A stretch of 64,000 nucleotides of DNA. It comes from Flavobacteriales bacterium (GTDB lineage: Bacteria; Bacteroidota; Bacteroidia; UBA10329). Under the pieces are notes generated by a model. That model made no database searches. It saw only the letters and a program-made list of their open reading frames with translations, and had not been told where the DNA came from. Every line of letters begins with the position of its first letter. Position 1 is the first letter of the stretch. Made by a program: the position numbers and the translations under genes. The stretch spans positions 7,499 through 71,498 of the forward strand of contig JAGYJL010000005.1 of assembly GCA_018402015.1 (NCBI GenBank), in the 5' to 3' direction. This document shows, in pieces, positions 11,309 to 22,018 of the stretch.

Positions 11309-12085
11309 TTCTTGGTGGCGGTTAGTGAATAAACCAATGGAAGTTTATTTCCGTGTTTCTCAATGATGAATTTTCGGTCGGCCAATTGCTTCATTCCCGA
11401 AAAACAGTTGTAGGGCGAATAATCGAATTCGTCAAAGCTTTTCAGAATCAGGCCATTGTTCTCCAGTGCGTGGAACACTTCTGCTAACCCATGGTTCCAA
11501 CTAATCTCTGTTTTCTCAAATTCAGCATCGGTAGCAGCATACGTGCCGGTGGTTGTTTCAATGATCGGTTCGTCTTTGAAATAGCGGTATTCGATTTTCA
11601 AACGCATCATCAAAACATCCACACCACAGGGTGAAATTCCACGAAAACGAGTTTGCCGCCAGGTTTCAGATGATACGAAATGGTTTCGGCCCACTTGTTC
11701 AAATCAGGCAGCCAGCCAATGGTTCCGTAGGAGGTGAAAACGATGTCGGAATTGCTTTTCAATTTGCCGTTCAGTTCAACACGTACGTATCCTCGCCACA
11801 AATTCAGCATTCAAAGCCAACTCCTCATTCAGTTTCTGTGCTTGCCGCGGTAAGCGAAGATTCAGCGCCAACCACATCAGCACTCATTCGTGCTAACGAA
11901 GCGTATCCCTGACCGAAATGGCATTGCAGATGGAGAATGGATTTTTCCTTGCACATCTCAAGCAACGCCAATTCAATTCATTCAAGCTATGATTTACCCG
12001 CTTTCCAAGCTTCTACATCATAGAATTCTGAAGCTAAATGCGCTGAAACGCGTTTGTTTCAGAAAAAATCTCGGTTTGTTGATTA
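11305..12085 (-). CDS. Class I SAM-dependent methyltransferase, multiply frameshifted; 5' end approximate
   Basis: Fragments SEFYDVEAWKAG, ILHLQCHFGQ, DIVFTSYGTIGWLPDL, LKPGGKLVFVEFHP, SWNHGLAEV, DEFDYSPYNCF on the minus strand. Confidence 0.8.
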
Positions 12086-12908
12086 TTCCCATCATTTCAC
12101 CTAATTCCACTGCTTCTTTTACGTCATAAGACCCGCAAAATATCAACTCCATTTTGGCAGTTGGCAGTTCACTTCAATCGTTCCTTAAGGTCTGCTCGGG
12201 CGTTTCACCATACTTTAAACGAATCATGCTTTGAAACACCAGCAAAGGGCTTTCCGAAAATGGCAAATCAGAAAGGTGTTCCGCCATCTCATAGTTCTGA
12301 TCCCAAAAGTTTTTCAAAGCCGAAACCGGGGTCAATGATCGCATCATTCACGCCTTGATTTACCAAATCAGGAACGCGTTGCGCGAAGAAGGAAAGCACT
12401 GAGCATGATTGGTCTTTGCTCTAAATTCTTCTGCATGGTTTGGGGCGTACCTTTCATGTGCATGCAGATGTAAAGCAAGAATTTGTAACAACAACGGGTA
12501 ATTCCTTATCCAAATTTCCACCAGAAATATCGTTGATGATGTGCGCGCCAACTTCCATCGCCTTTTAGACGGCAGAACGGAAGATCTGGCCAGAGATAAG
12601 CGCTTCGGAAAACGAGTGACGATTGCCCTACAAGCGATGGAATCATCCGGTTTTAGCTCTTCTTCTTTAAATGTCTTCTGCTCCAAGGTCGACTGCTGTA
12701 AGCACCCAAGGTCGAATATCCTGCACCTTCGTTCAGCATTTGTTCAGCGTATTTCAAGCAGCATCCACGGAATTAAACTTTCCGCCATCAGAAAAACTGT
12801 CAGGCGTTGAGTTCCAGAATACCCATTACAATTGGGTGGTCTATGGTAACCAACAGCCCTCTGCAATTCAGGGTTTACTCTTGCTCAAAGGTTATTTTTA
12901 CCACTCAT
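12085..12908 (-). CDS. folP: Dihydropteroate synthase, heavily frameshifted; 3' end approximate
   Basis: Minus-strand fragments TLNCRGLL...PIVMGIL, TPDSFSDGGKFN, IIDPGFGF, DVKEAVE; position between cdaA and DUF1599 fits the usual Bacteroidota order. Confidence 0.85.
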
Positions 12909-12938
12909 CCAAGAGCCGAAGTTAAGGGTTCAGTACCG

Positions 12939-13491
12939 ATGTCAGATACCAACGCACAATACGATAAGGCGCTTGCCGAATACCGCAGCGAAATTTTCGT
13001 TGGCAAGATGAAAGACTATGGCGCTTCGTGGCGCATTTTCCGTCCGTCATCAATTACCGATCGAAACTATTCATAAGGCCAATCGCATTCACCCAGTTTG
13101 GAAGAAAAGGCGTGAGCAAGTAAGGAGGGCATCTATCCTGAATACATCGGTCAGTTAATTATTCCATCGTAGTCGTATTCAGTTGGAGCATGGACATGCA
13201 GATGAACCCGATCTGAATTTGGAAAGAGCCATTGCATGGTACGATCAGTACGCTGCAGAAGCTAAATCATTGATGGAAAAGAAGAATCATGACTATGGCG
13301 AAGCTTGGCGCGATATGCGCGTAAAGTCGCTGACAGATCTAATTCTTGTTAAAATTCTTCGCATTAAAGAGATGGAAGATAACCAAGGACAGAGCGAACT
13401 TTCCGAAGGAATTGATGCTAATCTGTACGATATGATCAATTACTCGATTTTTGCGTTGATTAAACTTGGTGAGACCAAGGCATCGGTATGA
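12939..13491 (+). CDS. DUF1599 domain protein, frameshifted
   Basis: KMKDYGASWRIFRPSSITD and KKNHDYGEAWRDMR...DMINYSIFALI in two frames. Confidence 0.85.
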
Positions 13492-13541
13492 CCTTGTCAG
13501 TTCTTACCGAAGATTAAATTTGCTATTCAAACCCACTTAAA

Positions 13542-14831
13542 ATGAAATTGATAACCGATATCTCACGCTATTTTGTTGGAGTGCTTTTTATCTTTTCTGG
13601 AATTGTAAAGGCCAACGATCCGCTAGGATTCAGCTACAAATTGGAGGAGTATTTTGAGGAATTTGCCAAGTTGGGCGAGTACTGGGGTTTTCTGGAAACG
13701 TTCTTTCATTTCTGCCACGATTATGCTTTGCCTCAGGCCATTTTCATCGTTATTCTAGAAGTGGTTTTAGGTGTGGCTATTCTGGTTCGTTTTAGAACAA
13801 GACTAACAGCCACACTTCTTTTGTTGCTCATTGCATTCTTTACAGCTCTCACCTTTGCATCGGCCTATTTCGGTATTGTAAAAACCTGTGGATGTTTTGG
13901 CGATGCTATTCCACTTACTGCTTGGGAGAGCTTTTACAAGGACGTGATCCTGTCGGTTTTCATCCTCATCATTTTTGTTCGTCAGAAGAAGATCAGTATC
14001 TCCGAAACAGGCATGAACGATTTCGTGCTAGCTGGAGTTGGTTCTCTTGTAATGCTGAAGCTTTCTTACGACCTCGAATGGTTTTTCCCTTTCTGGTTTG
14101 TGGTTTCCACTTTCACGGCATTCTTTCTTATCCGTCTGGTTGAGCACAGAAAAGCGCCTTTTTTCATTACCATGCTGGCTACGGTTGCTATGAGTTTCTT
14201 CACTTTTTACACCTACAGTTATCTACCGGTCAAAGATTTCCGTGCGTACGCTGCAGGTAAGAGTATTGCTGAACAAATGGAAGGCGTTCCGGATAAATTG
14301 AAGTACTACTACATATTGAAGGACAAGGAAACAGGTAAGGAACAAGAGTTCGAAAAATTCCCTGAAAACTATCAGGAGAAGTACGAGTATGTAGATTCTC
14401 GAACAGAAGTAATTGAAAAAGGAGTTGAACCGAAGATCATGGATTTCTCTATCATGTCTGCAGAAGGAGAAGACCTTACCGAGGACTTTCTGATGAGCGA
14501 GAGTTTTACTTTCCTCGTTATCTCAAATGACCTTACAAAAGCTATGGAGCAGCCACAACAGCGAATTAATGATCTGGCCAAATCGCTGCAGGATAAAGGC
14601 TACCGAGTGGTTGGACTTACTGCCAGCACGCCACTTGTTGCTGTTGATTTTGCTCAACGTAATGGCAATCCTTTCAACTATTTGTTCTGCGATCAGATCG
14701 TACTGAAAACCATCATCCGTTCAAATCCAGGATTGATGTTGATCAAAGACGGAAAGGTTTACGGAAAATGGCATTACAACGACCTTCCTGAATTACAGGT
14801 GTTGGAATTGGAATACCTGAACAGAGATTAA
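13542..14831 (+). CDS. DoxX/MauE-like membrane protein (BT_3928-type) with thioredoxin-like C-terminal region
   Basis: FIFSGIVKANDPLGFSYKLEEYF, CGCFGDAIPLT, KTIIRSNPG, GKWHYND; TAAATTTG promoter motif at 13515. Confidence 0.88.
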   Translation: MKLITDISRYFVGVLFIFSGIVKANDPLGFSYKLEEYFEEFAKLGEYWGFLETFFHFCHDYALPQAIFIVILEVVLGVAILVRFRTRLTATLLLLLIAFFTALTFASAYFGIVKTCGCFGDAIPLTAWESFYKDVILSVFILIIFVRQKKISISETGMNDFVLAGVGSLVMLKLSYDLEWFFPFWFVVSTFTAFFLIRLVEHRKAPFFITMLATVAMSFFTFYTYSYLPVKDFRAYAAGKSIAEQMEGVPDKLKYYYILKDKETGKEQEFEKFPENYQEKYEYVDSRTEVIEKGVEPKIMDFSIMSAEGEDLTEDFLMSESFTFLVISNDLTKAMEQPQQRINDLAKSLQDKGYRVVGLTASTPLVAVDFAQRNGNPFNYLFCDQIVLKTIIRSNPGLMLIKDGKVYGKWHYNDLPELQVLELEYLNRD

Positions 14832-15908
14832 TTGGTCTCTTACGTCATACGGAAACTGCTCTACAGCTTTTCGGTGCTGTTCGGTATCGTTACCGTTGTA
14901 TTTCTTCTTTTCACAGCGCTTCCTGGCGATCCTGCCAGATTGATGCTCGGTCAACGGGCCGATCAATCGGAGGTGGAAATGATACGCAAGGATCTGGGGT
15001 TGGATCTACCACTTATTACACAGTATCTAGTTTATCTCAACGACCTGTCGCCACTTTCATTTTACAATCATCTCGATGAAAATAGTCCGTACTATTTTGA
15101 ATCTACCGAGCACGAACGATCGAAAGTGATCTTGAGTGGTGATAATGCCAATTTTGTTCTCAAAGCACCTTATCTCAGAAGGTCGTATCAATCGCAACAG
15201 ACCGTTACGGCCATTGTAATGGAAGCGTTACCAGGAACAGCGGTGCTGGCGGTAACAGCCATTACCATTGCAACAGTTCTCGGCATTCTGTTCGGAATAA
15301 TCGGAGCACTTTTTAAAGGACAATGGCCCGATAAATTGCTAATGATCTTCTCCATTTTTGGAATGAGTCTACCATCATTTGTAGCCGCCATTCTCATTAT
15401 GTGGGTTTTTGCGTATTTACTTGGTAGTATCACTGGCCTGGAAGTAACCGGAAGTCTGTATGTGATAGATGAATTTGAGGGCAGAAAAATCGTACTTAAG
15501 AATCTGATTCTGCCGGCCATCACATTGGGTGTTCGACCATTGGCTGTTTTCATGCAATTGACCCGTAACTCCATGCTCGAAGTACTTTCTATGGATTATG
15601 TGCGCACCGCAACGGCAAAAGGTCTTTCCTTCAGAACAGTGGTGATGAAACATGCTCTTCGTAATGCGTTGAATCCAGTGATCACAGCTATTTCAGGTTG
15701 GTTGGCTTCTTTGTTGGCCGGAGCCGTGTTCGTAGAGATCGTTTTCGGATGGAAAGGCCTTGGTCTGATCATGCTTAACGCACTGAATACCTACGATCTA
15801 CCGGTTGTAATGGGCTGCATCATTCTGGTTGCGGTGATCTTTGTGGTCATTAACATGTTGGTTGATGTGCTCTATGGTATATTTGACCCGCGCGTTAGCA
15901 TGTCGTAA
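14832..15908 (+). CDS. ABC transporter permease, DppB/OppB type
   Basis: LPGDPARLMLG, LGLDLPL, LILPAITLG, DYVRTATAKGL, HALRNAL, YGIFDPRV. Confidence 0.93.
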   Translation: MVSYVIRKLLYSFSVLFGIVTVVFLLFTALPGDPARLMLGQRADQSEVEMIRKDLGLDLPLITQYLVYLNDLSPLSFYNHLDENSPYYFESTEHERSKVILSGDNANFVLKAPYLRRSYQSQQTVTAIVMEALPGTAVLAVTAITIATVLGILFGIIGALFKGQWPDKLLMIFSIFGMSLPSFVAAILIMWVFAYLLGSITGLEVTGSLYVIDEFEGRKIVLKNLILPAITLGVRPLAVFMQLTRNSMLEVLSMDYVRTATAKGLSFRTVVMKHALRNALNPVITAISGWLASLLAGAVFVEIVFGWKGLGLIMLNALNTYDLPVVMGCIILVAVIFVVINMLVDVLYGIFDPRVSMS

Positions 15909-15984
15909 AACGAAAAATGAAAAAGGGAAGAATGTGTCTGGGTGCCCGTTTTTCTTTTTCTCATTTTTCCTGTAAACTGTTTGA

Positions 15985-16731
15985 ATGAGAGATAAGATCG
16001 TTGCCGGAAATTGGAAAATGAACCTCACCAAAAATGAGGGTCTGTTGTTGATAGAAGGCGTTGTGAATGGAGTTGTAAATTCAGATGTGAAGGTTATTCT
16101 GGCTCCTCCGTTTCCGTTTATTTCTGACGCGGTTTTGGGTCTTTCATCCAGCAAGATCAAGGTAGCAGCTCAAAACTGCCATCAAGAAGAGAGTGGCGCA
16201 TTTACTGGCGAAGTCTCTGCGGCAATGCTGCGTTCTTTCGGTGCGGAATATTGCATTGTCGGTCACTCGGAGAGACGAGAATATTTGAAAGAAGATGACC
16301 AGCTCATCAACCGCAAGATACAGCGCTTGATTTCACATGGAATCATACCAATATTCTGTTGTGGAGAATTATTGGAGGAGCGTGAGTCTGATCGTCAATT
16401 TGAGATTGTAAGTGATCAGATTCAATCTGCGTTACAAGGCTTCAATAAAGATGAGTTGAAGAATATTATCATTGCCTATGAACCCGTATGGGCAATTGGT
16501 ACCGGAAAAACGGCCACACCTCAACAGGCACAGGAAATGCATGCATTCATCCGCGAAAAACTGTCTGAGGTTCTGTCTGAAAATGCGGAGGAAGTTTCCA
16601 TCCTTTATGGTGGAAGCGTAAAACCGGAAAACGCCCGAGAACTCTTCGCTCAAAAAGACATTGATGGCGGCCTTATTGGTGGCGCATCGCTCAATGCACC
16701 CGATTTCTTAGCAATCATACAATCTTTCTAA
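15985..16731 (+). CDS. tpiA: Triose-phosphate isomerase
   Basis: AGNWKMN, GAFTGEVS, VGHSERR, AYEPVWAIGTG, LYGGSVK, DGGLIGGAS. Confidence 0.99.
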   Translation: MRDKIVAGNWKMNLTKNEGLLLIEGVVNGVVNSDVKVILAPPFPFISDAVLGLSSSKIKVAAQNCHQEESGAFTGEVSAAMLRSFGAEYCIVGHSERREYLKEDDQLINRKIQRLISHGIIPIFCCGELLEERESDRQFEIVSDQIQSALQGFNKDELKNIIIAYEPVWAIGTGKTATPQQAQEMHAFIREKLSEVLSENAEEVSILYGGSVKPENARELFAQKDIDGGLIGGASLNAPDFLAIIQSF

Positions 16732-16732
16732 T

Positions 16733-17566
16733 ATGGCACACGCAGTGCTTACAATCACGGTCAGTCCTACAGACTTAGGACGCGACCTACTCATTTCCGA
16801 ACTGGCAGATATTGGATTTGAAGGTTTTCTTGAAACAGATGAAGGCGTAGACGCTTACATCGAAGAAGCTGAACTTGATATCAACGAGGCTGAGGAGGTT
16901 TTTGCGCGACTTCGTACAGCAGAATTCGAGGTTTCATACACCAGTTCAGTTGCCGAGGATAAGAACTGGAATGAAGAATGGGAAAAGAATTTCGATCCTG
17001 TAGAGATAAAAGACCTGTGCCGGATCCGTGCTCCATTTCACGAATCGAAAAGCGGTTTCAAGGAAGAGATCATCATTATGCCTAAAATGTCGTTCGGCAC
17101 CGGCCATCATGCTACTACTTCCATGATGGCGGAATACCTCATGACCACCAAAGTGGAAGGACCGCTTTTGGATATGGGGTCTGGAACAGCTGTGCTGGCC
17201 ATTCTTGCCCGCAAGCTTGGTGTAGAGGATATTGACGCCATAGATATTGACGATTGGGCATTTGAGAATGCTCCCGAGAATTGTGCACTCAATAACATGG
17301 ATGATATCATTATCCTTCAGGGAGATGCCAGTCTGCTTGGCAATAAACAATACAATACGGTTCTCGCCAATATCAACAGAAATGTGCTGTTGGAGGATAT
17401 TCCGGTTTACGCCAGCATCCTTAACCAGAACGGCCAACTTTTTGTAAGTGGATTTTATACCGAAGACCTTAACATGATACGTGATGTAGCTCAAAAAGCA
17501 GGTCTTATCTTTAACGGAAATCTGACAAAAGACAATTGGGTCTCGGCCCGATTCATCAAACAATAA
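16733..17566 (+). CDS. prmA: Ribosomal protein L11 methyltransferase
   Basis: NWNEEWE, PKMSFGTGHHATT, LDMGSGTAVL, LANINRN, SGFY. Confidence 0.96.
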   Translation: MAHAVLTITVSPTDLGRDLLISELADIGFEGFLETDEGVDAYIEEAELDINEAEEVFARLRTAEFEVSYTSSVAEDKNWNEEWEKNFDPVEIKDLCRIRAPFHESKSGFKEEIIIMPKMSFGTGHHATTSMMAEYLMTTKVEGPLLDMGSGTAVLAILARKLGVEDIDAIDIDDWAFENAPENCALNNMDDIIILQGDASLLGNKQYNTVLANINRNVLLEDIPVYASILNQNGQLFVSGFYTEDLNMIRDVAQKAGLIFNGNLTKDNWVSARFIKQ

Positions 17567-17567
17567 C

Positions 17568-20500
17568 ATGAAGAAATTCCTCTTTCTACTAGCAGTAATA
17601 GTTACAGCCTCTGCTGGTATTTCATCGGCACAACAGCTTAAGTCGTTTACCCACGATAACGAGAAGTACATTCAAGAACTTCAGGATTTCTTCGCACAAG
17701 GCGATCCCAAAGCAGCTAAGAAGTTGATTGAGGAAACGTTTCTGCCCGTTTGGAACAGCGGACATTACAGCACGCAGCAGAAAGAGCGTGTTTATACCAT
17801 GTCCGACCTGATGTTGAAAGAGAAGAAAAAAGCGGTCGATTTCGAGAACTACCTGTACGCCCTCATGAGCTTTGCAAAAAGTATGAAGCCTGCATCCGAT
17901 TTCGATGCATTTCATGACGGTATGGAACAGACCATTCAGAAACTTTCCAGAAAGGGATTTACCAGTTATCTGGAAGTGTGTAGAGGCCTTTTTACCGAGT
18001 ACATTCTATTTGAATCGCCTGCAGTAAAATGGGTGGCAAAGTTCGATGCGTATAAGATCCAGTTCGATTCTTTACCGAAGATCGTTTTCGGAAAACTTGA
18101 CCTCAAAGCCTATTCAAAGCGCGATAGTTCGGTCATTTATGGAACCGAAGGTGTTTATTATCCAACCATTACCAAATGGGTCGGAAAAGGTGGAAAGATC
18201 GATTGGAGACGAGCAGGTTTCGACCCGAATAAGACCTACGCGGAGATTGACAATTATGTATTGAATACAACCAAATCTCAGTACGAAATAGACTCCGTAA
18301 CATTCCATCATCCCGATTATCTCGACCGTCCGCATATCGGAAAACTGACCGAGAAAATTCTTGCCGATGTGGATACTTCAGATGCTTCCTATCCTCGTTT
18401 CGACTCATACGATAAACGCATCGTTATTGAGAACATGTACAAGGACATCGATTATTCTGGTGGCTTCTCTCAGCACGGAGTCAAGTTTATCGGTTCAGGT
18501 GATGATGAGCAGAATGCTACGCTCATCTTCCGTAAGATGAACCACATCACCAAAGAGAACGAACCATTTATGGAAGCGCGCTCCAAGTCATTCGTTATTA
18601 GGCCAGAGAAGATCCTTTCCAAGAAATCGGAGATAGCTATGTACTATGAGGGAGATTCGATCTATCATCCCGGTCTACGTTTGAATTATAACGTTGAGAA
18701 TCATGAAGTAACGCTTAGTAAGGAAAGTGAAGGCTCGGGTCGGAGCCCGTTTTTCGATAGCTACCACAAGGTAGATATGCACGTAGATGAGATAAAGTGG
18801 AACATGGTTCAGGATTGGATGGATCTGGCCAACACCACTGGTGGCGCAGAAAGTAGTGCGCTGTTCGAGTCTGAGACCTATTACGATGAGTACCGCTACG
18901 ACCGCATTCGTGGCACTGCAGACACACATCCATTGTGGAAGATCCGGAACTACGCCAAGGAGATTGGAATGGAAGAGCTGACCGTAGAGCAAGTTGCACG
19001 CTTGTTCAAGGCGGATATAAGTGAGACCAAAGTGTTCCTAATGAACCTGTCCAACTCGGGTTTCATGACCTATAATTACGATAAGGAAATAGTGGTGATC
19101 AAACCGAGATTGCATCATTATGTGCTCTCTCGATCGCGGAAAACCGATTATGACATTCTTCAGTTCGAATCGACCATTGAAGGGTTGCCGAACGCGAAGC
19201 TCAATCTGTTGAATTGGGATATGGACCTCAATGGGGTAGGCAGAGTTTTCCTTTCAGATTCTCAGAACGTGGTCGTTTTCCCTTACGAACAAGAATTGAC
19301 GCTTAAAAAGAACCGTGATTTCTCGTTTGATGGAAAGGTTATCGGTGGTCGTTTAGACTTCTTTGGTCATGACTTTTACTTCAGCTACGATGATTTTAAG
19401 ATCAATCTTAATAAAGTCGATTCAATTCGTTTGAAAGTGCCAGATGGCGAGCCGGACGAAAATGGAAGGCAGAAACTGCGCGCTGTAAAAACCGTGCTTC
19501 GCGATCTGAAAGGAGAGCTCTTGGTGGATAGACCTGATAATAAATCAGGTCTCGTGGATCATCCGCGCTACCCGGTGTTCAATAGTACAGACGATTCGTT
19601 CGTATACTATGACAAACGCTCCATTCAGGATGGTGCGTACAAGAAGGAATCGTTCTACATGCACCTCAAACCATTCAGTATCGATAGTTTGGAGAACTTC
19701 ACCAAAGAAGGTCTGGCCTTTGGTGGAACCTTTGTCTCGGCAGGTATTTTCCCGGACTTTGAGGAAACCCTCACACTACAGCCCGACTTCTCGCTCGGTT
19801 TTGTTCGAGAAACACCACCCGAAGGTCTAGACATGTATGGAGGCAAAGGAAACTACAAGGCTACCATTAAACTCAGTCATGACGGTTTGCGTGGAGACGG
19901 TGATCTGGAGTATTTGACCTCGGTTTCCAAGTCAGATGATTTCATATTTTACCCCGATTCGGTGAACGGAGTTGCACAGGATTTTACCATAACCAAGCAG
20001 AAAAGCCCAACTGCTTATCCGCCAGTGGTGGGTAAAGATGTTCGGGTGCATTGGATGCCTAAGTTGGATCACTTCTATTCGTACAAGATCGATAACGCCT
20101 TTGATATGTACGAAGGCGAAGTGGCACATCATGGAGGCTTGGATCTCTCACCAAAAGGTTTGGATGGTTTCGGAAATCTCGATTTTGCGGATAGCTACAT
20201 GCGGTCTAACAGATTCAACTTCGATTACCGCGATTTCCATGCCGACACGGCCGATTTCAAGTTGAAAGGAAAGTCAGAGACATCCTACGCGTTTAAGACA
20301 AGTAACGTGCAAATGGATGTCAACCTCGATGATAGGAAGGGTAAGTTCAAATCCAATACGGGGGGCGATTACGTAGATTTTCCGGTTAACCAATACATCT
20401 GTTATATCGATGAGTTCGTTTGGAACATTGATGCTAAGGATATTGATGTCGTTTCCGATGGAGAAGGCTCGCGTTACGTAAGTACAAACCCAAAGCAAGA

Positions 20501-21986
20501 TTCGTTGGAATGGCGGTCGCCACTTACCAAGTTCGACCTTGACAATTTCATCATTTCCGCCAAAAAGGTCGATCACATAGATGTGGCCGATGCGATCATT
20601 TATCCAGATAGCGGGAATGTTACCGTTAGAGAACAAGCAGCCATGGATCCGCTCGAGAATTCTCGGGTTGTGGCCAACCGTATCACCAAGTTCCACACAT
20701 TCTATGAGTCAGCCGTCAATGTGCTTGGTAAGTGGAAATATACAGGCACTGGTAAGTACGATTATGAGGATGTAACGGGAGCCAAGCAGTTGATCGATTT
20801 CTCAACCATTGGCGTGGATTCTGCAGGACAGACCTTTGCAACTGGTGTGATTACGGAAGAAGCATCGTTTACCCTCAGTCCTAATTTCGATTATAAAGGA
20901 AAGGCGAAACTTTTTGCCAGCAAGGAGTTCTTGACCTATGAAGGAAGTACTCGTATCAAACACGATTGTCCCGGGCTTGCAAGAGATTGGCTGGCCTTTG
21001 ATGCCGATATAGACCCGAATAGCATCTACATTCCTATTCCTGCCGATCCTAAAGACGCAACTGGAAAGGCCATGTCATCGGGTGTTGTTATCAGTAAGGA
21101 TACCACAAAGGTTTATCCGACATTCCTGTCTAAGAAGTTACAGGCCAACGATATAGATATCGTAGCTGCAGAGGGCTATCTGCACTTCGATAATGAGAGT
21201 CAGGAGTACCGCATATCCAATAAGGACAAACTGCAAGGTGCCGTGGTTGGTGGTAACTACGTTAGTTTGAGTAACGAGTGTATTGCTCGCGGGCAAGGCA
21301 AGTTGAACATGGGAATGGATTTCGGTCAGGTTGAGCTTACTCCTTTAGGAACGGTCGAACACAACATGAATAACGACTCCACCAAATTCAAGTTATTCCT
21401 CGGTTTAGATTTCTTCTTCAATGATGAATGTCTAAGAATTATGGCCGATCGATTGACCAATCATTTTCCGCCATTGGACCCCGTGTTCTATGGTACAGAG
21501 TATGAAAAGGCGCTGATCGAACTCGTTGGTAAGGAAGAAACAACCAAGCTCATTCAGGAATTGAACCTATATGGATCTTTCAAGAAACTGCCTAAGGAGT
21601 TGCAGAAGACCATGTTCCTTACCGATGCTGAGTTGACCTGGGATGCTGAATCAGGTTCGTACCGATACAAAGGATTCATTGGAATTTCGTCTGTTGGTAA
21701 GTACCAAGTAAACAAAATGGTATTCGGGTTGATAGAGTTGAAGAAGAAACGAAATGGCGATGAGCTTTCTGTCTATTTCGAACCGAGCGATGATAGTTGG
21801 TTCTACTTTAACTATAAACGAGGCATGCTCGGAGCGGTTGCATCGCACGATGATTTCAATGCGCAGATACGTGACACCAAAGACGACAAACGAACTCAAA
21901 AAGGAGAGAAAGGCAAGCCTAATCTCACCTATGTTCTTTCAACAGCTATACAAAGAAGAAATTTTGTTCGTTCGTTTGAAGAATGA
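17568..21986 (+). CDS. Large (1472 aa) secreted/envelope hypothetical protein
   Basis: Uninterrupted 4.4-kb ORF with signal peptide, beta-strand-rich; 1 bp after the prmA stop; no motif I can name. Confidence 0.85.
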   Translation: MKKFLFLLAVIVTASAGISSAQQLKSFTHDNEKYIQELQDFFAQGDPKAAKKLIEETFLPVWNSGHYSTQQKERVYTMSDLMLKEKKKAVDFENYLYALMSFAKSMKPASDFDAFHDGMEQTIQKLSRKGFTSYLEVCRGLFTEYILFESPAVKWVAKFDAYKIQFDSLPKIVFGKLDLKAYSKRDSSVIYGTEGVYYPTITKWVGKGGKIDWRRAGFDPNKTYAEIDNYVLNTTKSQYEIDSVTFHHPDYLDRPHIGKLTEKILADVDTSDASYPRFDSYDKRIVIENMYKDIDYSGGFSQHGVKFIGSGDDEQNATLIFRKMNHITKENEPFMEARSKSFVIRPEKILSKKSEIAMYYEGDSIYHPGLRLNYNVENHEVTLSKESEGSGRSPFFDSYHKVDMHVDEIKWNMVQDWMDLANTTGGAESSALFESETYYDEYRYDRIRGTADTHPLWKIRNYAKEIGMEELTVEQVARLFKADISETKVFLMNLSNSGFMTYNYDKEIVVIKPRLHHYVLSRSRKTDYDILQFESTIEGLPNAKLNLLNWDMDLNGVGRVFLSDSQNVVVFPYEQELTLKKNRDFSFDGKVIGGRLDFFGHDFYFSYDDFKINLNKVDSIRLKVPDGEPDENGRQKLRAVKTVLRDLKGELLVDRPDNKSGLVDHPRYPVFNSTDDSFVYYDKRSIQDGAYKKESFYMHLKPFSIDSLENFTKEGLAFGGTFVSAGIFPDFEETLTLQPDFSLGFVRETPPEGLDMYGGKGNYKATIKLSHDGLRGDGDLEYLTSVSKSDDFIFYPDSVNGVAQDFTITKQKSPTAYPPVVGKDVRVHWMPKLDHFYSYKIDNAFDMYEGEVAHHGGLDLSPKGLDGFGNLDFADSYMRSNRFNFDYRDFHADTADFKLKGKSETSYAFKTSNVQMDVNLDDRKGKFKSNTGGDYVDFPVNQYICYIDEFVWNIDAKDIDVVSDGEGSRYVSTNPKQDSLEWRSPLTKFDLDNFIISAKKVDHIDVADAIIYPDSGNVTVREQAAMDPLENSRVVANRITKFHTFYESAVNVLGKWKYTGTGKYDYEDVTGAKQLIDFSTIGVDSAGQTFATGVITEEASFTLSPNFDYKGKAKLFASKEFLTYEGSTRIKHDCPGLARDWLAFDADIDPNSIYIPIPADPKDATGKAMSSGVVISKDTTKVYPTFLSKKLQANDIDIVAAEGYLHFDNESQEYRISNKDKLQGAVVGGNYVSLSNECIARGQGKLNMGMDFGQVELTPLGTVEHNMNNDSTKFKLFLGLDFFFNDECLRIMADRLTNHFPPLDPVFYGTEYEKALIELVGKEETTKLIQELNLYGSFKKLPKELQKTMFLTDAELTWDAESGSYRYKGFIGISSVGKYQVNKMVFGLIELKKKRNGDELSVYFEPSDDSWFYFNYKRGMLGAVASHDDFNAQIRDTKDDKRTQKGEKGKPNLTYVLSTAIQRRNFVRSFEE

Positions 21987-21992
21987 TCTGAT

Positions 21993-22000
21993 TATATTTG
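21993..22000 (+). promoter_or_regulatory. Bacteroidota -7 promoter element (TAnnTTTG) for the tRNA
   Basis: TATATTTG 18 bp upstream of the tRNA. Confidence 0.7.
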
Positions 22001-22018
22001 CAGCCCCAAAAAAGGGAT

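Noticed and set aside
3104-13491. Programmed frameshifting or true pseudogenes
   Set aside because: Breaks are numerous, irregular, clustered and not at consistent slippery sites; sequencing error is more parsimonious.
16946-17671. Long antisense ORFs (241 aa here; 233 aa at 40992-41693; others)
   Set aside because: They lie opposite well-supported genes and have no recognisable motifs; treated as shadow ORFs.
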